Source of the DNA: Parcubacteria group bacterium
Lineage (GTDB): Bacteria > Patescibacteriota > Patescibacteriia > UBA1558 > GWA2-36-10
Reading direction: 5' to 3'
NCBI GenBank assembly: GCA_003104935.1
Contig: PQAE01000005.1
Location: forward strand, 2,034 to 66,033
DNA: 64,000 bases
The notes under the pieces are model-generated. The model was not told where the DNA came from, did not search any database, and worked only from the letters and a program-made list of their open reading frames with translations. This document shows positions 57,011 through 64,000 of this stretch, piece by piece (positions within the stretch are counted from its first letter, which is position 1; each line of letters begins with the position of its first letter). The position numbers and the translations under genes were made by a program.

Positions 57011-57871
57011 ATGAAAAGGATTCGCAAAGCAGTTATTCCGGTGGCCGGTTTGGGCACACGTTTTTTACCGGCGACAAAAGCGCAACCTAAGGAAATGTTG
57101 CCTTTAGTGGATAAACCACTAATCCAATATATTGTAGAGGAAGCAGTGGCCTCTGGTATTGAAGAAATTATTTTTGTAACTTCTTCTACCAAAAGGGCTA
57201 TTGAGGATCATTTTGACCGGGCCTTTGAACTGGAATATCGCTTGCGTCAAAAAGGAAAAAAATCAGAGCTAGACCAACTACAACAGATTTCCAACATGGC
57301 CAAATTTTGCTATGTACGTCAAAAATCCCCCAAGGGACTGGGTCACGCCATTTATACAGCTCAACCCTTAGTGGGCGACGAACCTTTTGCTGTTTTGCTC
57401 GGTGACGACATTATCGACGCTAAAATTCCGGCTTTGAAACAGATGATCGCTGTTTATCAAAAATATGGCCAAGTTGTCCTGGGCTGTACCAAAGTGGCTA
57501 AATCCGAGACGCATAAGTATGGCATCATTGATCCCTTGCCCGTTTCCGATCGGCTGGTCAAAGTCAAGAGAATTGTGGAAAAACCCAGGGCGGCCCAAGC
57601 GCCGTCGCAACTGGCGGTCACCGGCCGCTATGTTCTCACCCCGGAAATTTTTAAAATTTTAGCCAAAGGAAGGAAGGGCGCCGGCGGGGAAATACAATTA
57701 ACCGATGCCTTAGCGGTATATTTTAAAAATCATCCGGGTTATGCCTGTGTTTATCAAGGAGATTATTATGATTGCGGTAGCAAATTGGAGTTCATCAAAG
57801 CCATAGTCAGATTTAGTCTAAAGCGCCCGGAGTTTAAAAAGGAATTAAAAAAATATTTAAAAAATATTTAA
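57011..57871 (+). CDS. galU: UTP--glucose-1-phosphate uridylyltransferase
   Basis: N-terminal AVIPVAGLGTRFLPATKAQPKEMLPLVDKP is the GalU signature; 286 aa. Confidence 0.9.
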   Translation: MKRIRKAVIPVAGLGTRFLPATKAQPKEMLPLVDKPLIQYIVEEAVASGIEEIIFVTSSTKRAIEDHFDRAFELEYRLRQKGKKSELDQLQQISNMAKFCYVRQKSPKGLGHAIYTAQPLVGDEPFAVLLGDDIIDAKIPALKQMIAVYQKYGQVVLGCTKVAKSETHKYGIIDPLPVSDRLVKVKRIVEKPRAAQAPSQLAVTGRYVLTPEIFKILAKGRKGAGGEIQLTDALAVYFKNHPGYACVYQGDYYDCGSKLEFIKAIVRFSLKRPEFKKELKKYLKNI

Positions 57872-57876
57872 ACAGT

Positions 57877-59250
57877 ATGAGCAAATATAAGTGGCTGACT
57901 TTATTTATCCTGCTGGCATTTATCACCACCTCCGGTTTTGGCTGTAAGTGGAATCCATTTTCTAACAATGACCCGGCGCTCAAACCGGTCACTATTGAAT
58001 ATTGGGGTGTGTGGGACAAACCAAACGAGCTAGCCTCACTGATAAATTCCTACCAGACCCAACATCCGACCATCAAGGTAAATTATAGAAATTTCCGCTA
58101 CGAGGAATATGAGGACAAACTATTACAGGCCTGGGCGGACGACCGCGGTCCGGACCTTTTTTCCATACCGGTAACCTGGTTAAAAAAATATCAACCGCGC
58201 CTGGAATCTATGCCCGCCACGATTAAAATACCGGTTTTAGAATCGGTAGGTAGTATTCGGCCGGAACTGGTGACGGTGCTCAAGGATTTTCAGGGATTAT
58301 CCCCTCGTGACCTTAAATTAAAATTTGTACCTATAGTTTATGATAATGTGGTTTTGGATAATAAAGTTTATGGCCTTCCTTACTCAGTAGATACTCTGGT
58401 TACTTTTTATAACAGTGACATCTTGAGCAAGGAAGGCATCGCCGAGCCGATCAAAGATTTTAATGATCTGGTAGAGCAGACGCCCAAGATCAGCAAGGCC
58501 ACCGAGGCCAATAATATTATTCAATCAGCGGTAGATCTGGGAGGCGTAGATAATATCAATAATTTTTTTGATGTTTTCTCCAGTATCATGCTACAAAATG
58601 GCGTGGAGGCCAAAGGAGCAAGCTTTAATCCTGATAAGAATGAGGGGGCCGGACAAAAACTGGCCGACGTTTTTGGTTTTTATGCTGATTTTGCCCGTCC
58701 GGGCCGGGCTACATATAGTTGGAATGAGAAATTAGACAATGCTCTGGAGATGTTTGCCAGCGGTAAACTGGCCTATTATTTTGGATATAGTTATGATGCT
58801 CAGGAATTCAGAAACCGCGGGTTGCAATTTAACTGGGAGATCACTAACTTTCCCCAAACCAGGGGGGCTCAAGGTACAAAGTATTATGGTGATTACTGGA
58901 TAAATGTGGTTCCTAAAAAGGCGGACAATAAAGACGCGGCCTGGGATTTTATCCAACGCACCGCTGAGGCCGATCTGGTAGCCGGTTATCTTAAGGAAAA
59001 TAAAAGACCCACGGCCCTACGTTCCTTAATAAACGAACAGCTAAAAAATGATGATTTGCGTATCTTTGCTTCTCAGGTGCTGACGGCCGATAATTGGTAT
59101 AGCGGCTATGACATTAATGCCGCCAAGAAATATTTAGGCGATACTATCAAAGCTCTGCTGGTCGGTGACATCAGTCTGGATACCGGACCGGAGGCGCTGA
59201 AGATTTTTATCCAACGGATTAATCAAACCTATGCTAAGCCGGAAAACTAA
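57877..59250 (+). CDS. extracellular solute-binding lipoprotein (carbohydrate ABC-transporter substrate-binding family)
   Basis: Lipobox GFGC after the signal peptide; SBP family 1-like length and pattern. No permease or ATPase genes adjacent. Confidence 0.7.
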   Translation: MSKYKWLTLFILLAFITTSGFGCKWNPFSNNDPALKPVTIEYWGVWDKPNELASLINSYQTQHPTIKVNYRNFRYEEYEDKLLQAWADDRGPDLFSIPVTWLKKYQPRLESMPATIKIPVLESVGSIRPELVTVLKDFQGLSPRDLKLKFVPIVYDNVVLDNKVYGLPYSVDTLVTFYNSDILSKEGIAEPIKDFNDLVEQTPKISKATEANNIIQSAVDLGGVDNINNFFDVFSSIMLQNGVEAKGASFNPDKNEGAGQKLADVFGFYADFARPGRATYSWNEKLDNALEMFASGKLAYYFGYSYDAQEFRNRGLQFNWEITNFPQTRGAQGTKYYGDYWINVVPKKADNKDAAWDFIQRTAEADLVAGYLKENKRPTALRSLINEQLKNDDLRIFASQVLTADNWYSGYDINAAKKYLGDTIKALLVGDISLDTGPEALKIFIQRINQTYAKPEN

Positions 59251-59959
59251 ATTATTTATTGTTTTACTAGTCGCCATTTTGCCGCTCCTGGCTGGAGCGG
59301 CTGACCCCACGCCGCCGCGCGGCTTTTTGGACAATATATCATGTATCCGCAGCGGACTTTGCGGATTGGATGATATAGCCAACGGCTTTGTTGAGCTCAT
59401 AAAAATGCTCTTGGGCCTGATGGGATCAGTTGCTCTGGTTTATTTTGTTTGGGGCGGTATCGTCTGGATTACAGCCGGAGGCAATATGGAAAAAATCGGA
59501 CGCGGCCGTAGCATTATGGTCAATACCATTTTGGCTATCGTAGTTTCCTTTAGCAGTTACATTATATTAAATACTTTTGTCAATAACCTATTGGGAGCCA
59601 ACACCAACTTTCAGGTTTCGGATGTTTGCCCGGTTACAGAAGGCGACAACACGCCCTGCAAAAATAATTCACCCAGCTATATATGTTATCAAGGCGCCTG
59701 CAGGACAAAGTGTGATATCCTTAATGCCAAAATTCAGGCAGAGGCAACTAGCGATACTAAGGTAAATATTGACCCTACACCGGTAGTGGTAGAACGTCAC
59801 GGCTATGTCAGGGGGGATTCGCTGGCCTGTGAGAGGGTAGAGACTATTGAACTGAGAAATACGGCACATTTTACAGAACTTTGTCCAGGCGACAACAACT
59901 TTGTCTGTGTTTTTAGACAAGCTGGCCGTAAAGTATTGCCGCCAATACCGGCGCCGTAA
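59231..59959 (+). CDS. TrbC/VirB2-like (T4SS-type) pilin paralogue 1 with C-terminal Cys-rich extension
   Basis: Signal peptide, then pilin core VYFVWGGIVWITAGGN...two TM helices, plus an approximately 120-aa Cys-rich tail (10 Cys). Confidence 0.65.
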   Translation: MLSRKTKLFIVLLVAILPLLAGAADPTPPRGFLDNISCIRSGLCGLDDIANGFVELIKMLLGLMGSVALVYFVWGGIVWITAGGNMEKIGRGRSIMVNTILAIVVSFSSYIILNTFVNNLLGANTNFQVSDVCPVTEGDNTPCKNNSPSYICYQGACRTKCDILNAKIQAEATSDTKVNIDPTPVVVERHGYVRGDSLACERVETIELRNTAHFTELCPGDNNFVCVFRQAGRKVLPPIPAP

Positions 59960-60023
59960 ATTAACAATGTTTATATCTTAAAATAAAATATTCACCCCGT
60001 TAGAAATTAATATTAGCGGGCGA

Positions 60024-60389
60024 GTGAAGAGTAAGATGAAAAATATGTCCAAATATGAAATTTTTAACAAGGCAAAGAAACTCATCATTTTAATTTTATT
60101 AGGATTTCCTCTGGTAACCCGGGCCGTATCGCTACCCAACCCTCTCCGCAGTAACATTGACTCTGTTCCGGCACTAGCCAATAACATCATCAAAGGACTA
60201 CTCGGTGTGTCAGGATCGCTGGCATTATTTTTTTTGGTCTGGGGCGGCATCGTCTGGATGACTTCGGGCGGAAACTCCGATCGGGTGCGCAAGGGCAAAG
60301 ACACTATAGTCTGGGCTATTCTCGGTCTAGGCATTATCTTCCTGAGCTATGCTATTATTAATTTACTTTTGACTATACTCAGGGGTTAA
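60024..60389 (+). CDS. TrbC/VirB2-like pilin paralogue 2
   Basis: Signal peptide plus LFFLVWGGIVWMTSGGNSDRVRKGKD core and a second TM helix; 121 aa. Confidence 0.7.
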   Translation: MKSKMKNMSKYEIFNKAKKLIILILLGFPLVTRAVSLPNPLRSNIDSVPALANNIIKGLLGVSGSLALFFLVWGGIVWMTSGGNSDRVRKGKDTIVWAILGLGIIFLSYAIINLLLTILRG

Positions 60390-60478
60390 AAACGATATTT
60401 GCTAAAATGACTTTTTGTGGTATAATTAATTTTGATATTTTGTCTTTTATAAAATAATTAATGAAAGGGGGTGAAATA

Positions 60479-60847
60479 ATGAAAAAATTATTTACATTAG
60501 CACTATTGATGCCGGTCTTGATGGCTGCTCCTGCCCACGCTGCTGATAACGCTGACGCTTACTATGGAATTAATGATTTAGTCCAGCAGGGCGTAAGGTT
60601 AGGCTCCAAGGATTTGCGCACCGCTATCGCCGGTATTATCAACGTCGTACTAGGCTTTTTGGGTGTAGTCGCCGTCATCATAGTCCTATTAGGCGGTTTC
60701 AAATGGATGACTTCCCAGGGTTCTAGCGACAAGACCGACGAAGCCAAGAAACTAATCGGCGCCGGAGTAGTCGGCTTAGCCATTGTTTTAGCCGCTTATG
60801 CTGTGGCCAGCTTCGTGCTCGGAGAATTGTATAACGCTACTAGATAA
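60479..60847 (+). CDS. TrbC/VirB2-like pilin paralogue 3
   Basis: Own promoter TTGCTA-17-TATAAT at 60397-60425 and RBS aaagggggtg. Signal peptide MKKLFTLALLMPVLMAAPAHA. Core LLGGFKWMTSQGSSDKTDEAKK. Confidence 0.7.
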   Translation: MKKLFTLALLMPVLMAAPAHAADNADAYYGINDLVQQGVRLGSKDLRTAIAGIINVVLGFLGVVAVIIVLLGGFKWMTSQGSSDKTDEAKKLIGAGVVGLAIVLAAYAVASFVLGELYNATR

Positions 60848-60980
60848 TAATTATTTGAGCTAATTACAATTTTTGAGATTGATAATTTTTAAAGTAATTC
60901 ATTAGCAAATAAATTTTAGTCTAGACTGATAGTGGGCCATTTAATTAGATGGTCCACTATAGTCTGGAATAAAAAACAAA

Positions 60981-61370
60981 ATGAAACTCATAAAGAACTG
61001 TTATTATTTTTTGCTCCTGGCCTGGCCGCTTAGTCTGCGGGCCCAGAACGATGCTTTAATAAACCTAAATGCTTCCGCTGAAGGCACGGGTCTAATTACT
61101 GACAAAAGTCCGGCCGGCATCATTGCTCTGATAATCAATTCTTTGTTGGCCTTATTAGGTACGGCTTTTATAGTTTTGATAATTTTAGGCGGTTTCAAAT
61201 GGATGACTTCCCAAGGTAACCGAGAGATGATCGATGAGGCTCGCAAGACTATCACCAGCGCCACTATTGGCTTAGTAATAGTTTTGGCTTCATATATGAT
61301 AGTGAGATTTGTGATTGACGCCCTCACCGGAGCCACCTTAAACAGCGGCGGATCAGAGGCCAGCGGATAA
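60981..61370 (+). CDS. TrbC/VirB2-like pilin paralogue 4
   Basis: Signal peptide; core ILGGFKWMTSQGNREMIDEARK nearly identical to paralogue 3. Followed by a terminator. Confidence 0.7.
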   Translation: MKLIKNCYYFLLLAWPLSLRAQNDALINLNASAEGTGLITDKSPAGIIALIINSLLALLGTAFIVLIILGGFKWMTSQGNREMIDEARKTITSATIGLVIVLASYMIVRFVIDALTGATLNSGGSEASG

Positions 61371-61387
61371 TTTCGTTAAAAAATTTA

Positions 61388-61421
61388 AGACCCTCCGGCG
61401 CTTGGCGTCGGAGGGTCTTTT
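61388..61421. terminator. bidirectional intrinsic terminator (gaccctccggcgc-ttg-gcgtcggagggtc + TTTT)
   Basis: 13-bp stem between convergent genes with A and T tracts. Confidence 0.75.
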
Positions 61422-61434
61422 GGTCTGTGGTATT

Positions 61435-62127
61435 TCAGCGCCACATCCATCTTTCCTTCAGGACGATTCTGAAGTCGTAGAGTTCGTTGTTGAAAGTGTA
61501 CTGCCCTTTCCGCTTACTCACGATGAATTCGTAAGTACGTAGCCGGCTGTAGTAGGGGTCGGTTTTTTGGCCCACTAGCTTTTCAGCCGGCTTGGCGTAG
61601 TATTTCACTACTCCTGAACGAAGGTAGATCACCGCGCTGTCCCCGCTAGCCAGGGAAATGCTATGTCCCTGGTTATCAAGGTAGGTGGTGGGATCACCGA
61701 CGTTGTAGACAATACCCCTTTGCATAGTGGCGTTGCGCAACATCAAATCATCGATGATCAATGGTGTGCCCGTATACAGAGCGGGCATGGAGAAATAGAG
61801 CTTCTCCTCGCTGTAACCGATCTGGTCCTGAAACCCTTGACCTACCCAGGCCAAAGTGACCCGGTAGACCCGGAACGATCTCTCAACCACAGTCAGTTTT
61901 TGGCCCGGCTTGATCTGGTAGAATTCACGGATGAAATCCGTAGTTCTGCCTTTCAAGTCGATGAAGACGACTTCATGGCTGCGGTTTACCACTTTGGTGG
62001 TATCGGCCGGACTCTGGTCCGTGTCCAGGCGTACCAGGCCGTGACCGCCTACGCCCGGGGCGTAGAAGCGAGTACAACCAGTCAGAGCCAGGATAATCAG
62101 CAGGAAAGGCCAAAGATACTTTTTCAC
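61435..62127 (-). CDS. lipoprotein, hypothetical; GC-rich
   Basis: Signal peptide plus lipobox LTGC, 230 aa, about 55% GC, compositionally distinct from neighbours. Confidence 0.5.
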   Translation of the reverse strand: MKKYLWPFLLIILALTGCTRFYAPGVGGHGLVRLDTDQSPADTTKVVNRSHEVVFIDLKGRTTDFIREFYQIKPGQKLTVVERSFRVYRVTLAWVGQGFQDQIGYSEEKLYFSMPALYTGTPLIIDDLMLRNATMQRGIVYNVGDPTTYLDNQGHSISLASGDSAVIYLRSGVVKYYAKPAEKLVGQKTDPYYSRLRTYEFIVSKRKGQYTFNNELYDFRIVLKERWMWR

Positions 62128-62214
62128 GACTTTACCTCCAAAGGAAAGAAAATTGCGAGAAGGACTAATTTAACTTTATATTATATACTAAAGTATAGAT
62201 TTTGTCAATAGTGC

Positions 62215-63834
62215 TTATTTTATAGTAAAGATGAGCGCTTCGCTGTCCTCATAACTTTGTTTGACCATACTGGAGTTACGCATATTTTCTATAAATTTTT
62301 TATAGGATTCGCTTTTTTCAATCACCACATAGTTACTATGAAATTCATTTTTGATGATGCTGGCAATTTGGTCGGGAGAATAATATTTGGCTTCGTCTTG
62401 GTATAGGGTGATATCAAAATATTTTTGGGTGAGAGCCGGGTCATAATTATACATAAAGGTCGGATCCAGTCCGATAATATAATAGTCGCGATCATTATGA
62501 TAAAAGAAAAGACCCCAGTCGTCCCACATATTATTAAAGACTATGCTTTTTTCCGGAACATTTTTCTGAAGCCAACCTATAGCTTTGGTAAATTTGGTCA
62601 TAGTCCAGCGCTCAGAAATGGTGGGACGAAGCACGTCGCGATAAAGACCAGGCATGACCAAAGTGAGCATGACCAGTAGCGCCGCTGATAGATAGCCTTT
62701 TAGGCTCCAGTGCAAATGCGCGTAAAATCTTCTTAACTTTGACCAATCGATCAGGCGGACTAAATCGCTGATGCCATAAGCACAAAATAGCAGACCAAAG
62801 GGCAGATAATATTCCACATAACGGCGCGATTTTATAGTCAGGACAAGAAAAATAAAGGTCAAAATAAAAGTAAACCAAGTTTTTAAAGATACTTTTTTTA
62901 GATTAAAGGATAGAAAAATAAAAGTAGTAAAAGCCCCGATAAACAGAAGAGGGCCATAAGAAATGGCGCGTAGCAGGCTGACGCCGTACCATTCATTGCC
63001 GACAGGAAGCTGATTGCCCAGATTAAGTACGCCGATTTGAAAAAATTGCTGGTAGTAGAAGTACAAATTGCTCGGCCAATAGGGAGAAAAGATTATACCT
63101 AAAACTATTCCCAGTAATAGGGCTAGAGAAAGGCGAATCATCTTAAATTGTTTTTGGTCTCCGCGGAAAAAATGAATGATTTTGTTCCAGGCAAAGTGAA
63201 TCCGACTGGTATGATAGCGATGGTAAAACCAGTCGGTCAGAGCATAAAGCAAGACTATAAATATGGCTAGAGGCCAGCCGGCATAGAGCCAGACATAGAT
63301 AGACCCCAGTATGGCTGTCAGCCATATCTTTCTAAAAAAAATAGCATAGAGCAAAAACCAGATCACAATCAGCGATAAACTATTGACCTTTATTAGACTG
63401 AGCCTGAAGGTCAGAGCGGCAAAGGTGGAAAGCAGAGCGGCAAAAAACCAGGGCCAGACCACATTGGTTTTCTTCAACAACCAGTAAAGGACGACGATCA
63501 TCAGGGCGGCAAATAAAACCGTGGCCACTTTAATACCGATTAAAGGGTTGGTGTTTATATAAGTAAAAGGGGCTAATAATAAGTGGTAAATTAACTGATG
63601 GTCGGTAAAATTATCCTTGAGGGTGCTAAATTGCATCCAGGGCATAGTTTTTAGCAGTAGGCCCTGGCGCAAAAACATAGCCATTTTGGCGTGGTAAAAG
63701 CCGTCGCCGTCGCTAAAATATTGATTGAGCTGTAAACGTCCAAAATGAACGAACATTAGTAAGAAAAGAGACCAGTAGTCCAGTTTGTAAGCCAGCCACC
63801 AAGCCCGTAATTTTTTTATTTTTAGTGAGGACAT
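62215..63834 (-). CDS. polytopic membrane protein with C-terminal soluble domain (GT-C-like glycosyltransferase candidate)
   Basis: About 11 TM helices followed by about 170 aa of soluble domain. Likely start MSSLKIKK at 63834, shorter than the ORF track. Confidence 0.5.
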   Translation of the reverse strand: MSSLKIKKLRAWWLAYKLDYWSLFLLMFVHFGRLQLNQYFSDGDGFYHAKMAMFLRQGLLLKTMPWMQFSTLKDNFTDHQLIYHLLLAPFTYINTNPLIGIKVATVLFAALMIVVLYWLLKKTNVVWPWFFAALLSTFAALTFRLSLIKVNSLSLIVIWFLLYAIFFRKIWLTAILGSIYVWLYAGWPLAIFIVLLYALTDWFYHRYHTSRIHFAWNKIIHFFRGDQKQFKMIRLSLALLLGIVLGIIFSPYWPSNLYFYYQQFFQIGVLNLGNQLPVGNEWYGVSLLRAISYGPLLFIGAFTTFIFLSFNLKKVSLKTWFTFILTFIFLVLTIKSRRYVEYYLPFGLLFCAYGISDLVRLIDWSKLRRFYAHLHWSLKGYLSAALLVMLTLVMPGLYRDVLRPTISERWTMTKFTKAIGWLQKNVPEKSIVFNNMWDDWGLFFYHNDRDYYIIGLDPTFMYNYDPALTQKYFDITLYQDEAKYYSPDQIASIIKNEFHSNYVVIEKSESYKKFIENMRNSSMVKQSYEDSEALIFTIK

Positions 63835-64000
63835 GGGTATATTGTAGCAAAAAATTTTTAAACAATAAAGCCGATAGCGCCACAAAAATAAAATCTCCGC
63901 CAGGCATGGATACGGAGATTTTGGGAGGACTGAGAAGTACTAAGCTGAATGATTATTAGTAGTTTATTCTTTATTTATACACAAGTCAAGCGCCGTTCTT

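Overview
This 64 kb window looks like a fragment of a small, AT-rich (about 40% GC) genome of the Patescibacteria/CPR type. The gene content is compact housekeeping plus CPR hallmarks: lamin-tail-domain surface protein, TrbC/VirB2-like pilin paralogues, a short SMC and fused or streamlined genes.

The 5' end is a partial 16S rRNA on the minus strand. It lies downstream of a minus-strand rpsP-KH-trmD block, with no rplS in between. There is a replication-origin neighbourhood (rpmH-rnpA-yidD-yidC divergent from dnaA-dnaN, with DnaA-box-like 9-mers). Other core genes are smc, rnc, a NusB-NUDIX fusion, rpmF, ssb, rnhB, gdh, trxB-trxA behind a CsoR-family repressor with a textbook operator palindrome, ruvA, rpoB-rpoC, ftsK, recA and galU. 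Three minus-strand tRNAs are present: Val-GAC, Leu-TAG and Arg-CCT.

Accessory content includes a glycosylation cluster (GT2, two SAM methyltransferases, a GT-C-like membrane protein, a truncated UDP-glucose dehydrogenase-family gene). There is a peptidoglycan-peptide cluster (FemAB-family, nucleotidyltransferase, Mur ligase). There is an exopolysaccharide pair (Wzx-like flippase and O-antigen-ligase-like protein). A tandem array of four T4SS-type pilin genes follows a sugar-binding lipoprotein.

The features I consider most worth a second look are:
- At least seven short GC-rich islets (55-60% GC) are embedded in the AT-rich backbone. They carry a FabH-like ketosynthase next to tRNA-Leu, a short ClpP-family protease plus a secreted protein, a lipoprotein and small Cys-rich ORFs. 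Several are closed by members of one conserved hairpin family.
- A 112-nt GC-rich tRNA-Val-related element lies just upstream of tRNA-Val. It shares the tRNA's 3' 12 nt and has a 36-nt insertion at the canonical 37/38 intron position.
- Three candidate small RNAs each have a consensus sigma70-type promoter and an intrinsic terminator. The clearest lies between a hypothetical gene and rpoB and has three UUCG-tetraloop hairpins.

No CRISPR array or obvious transposase was seen.
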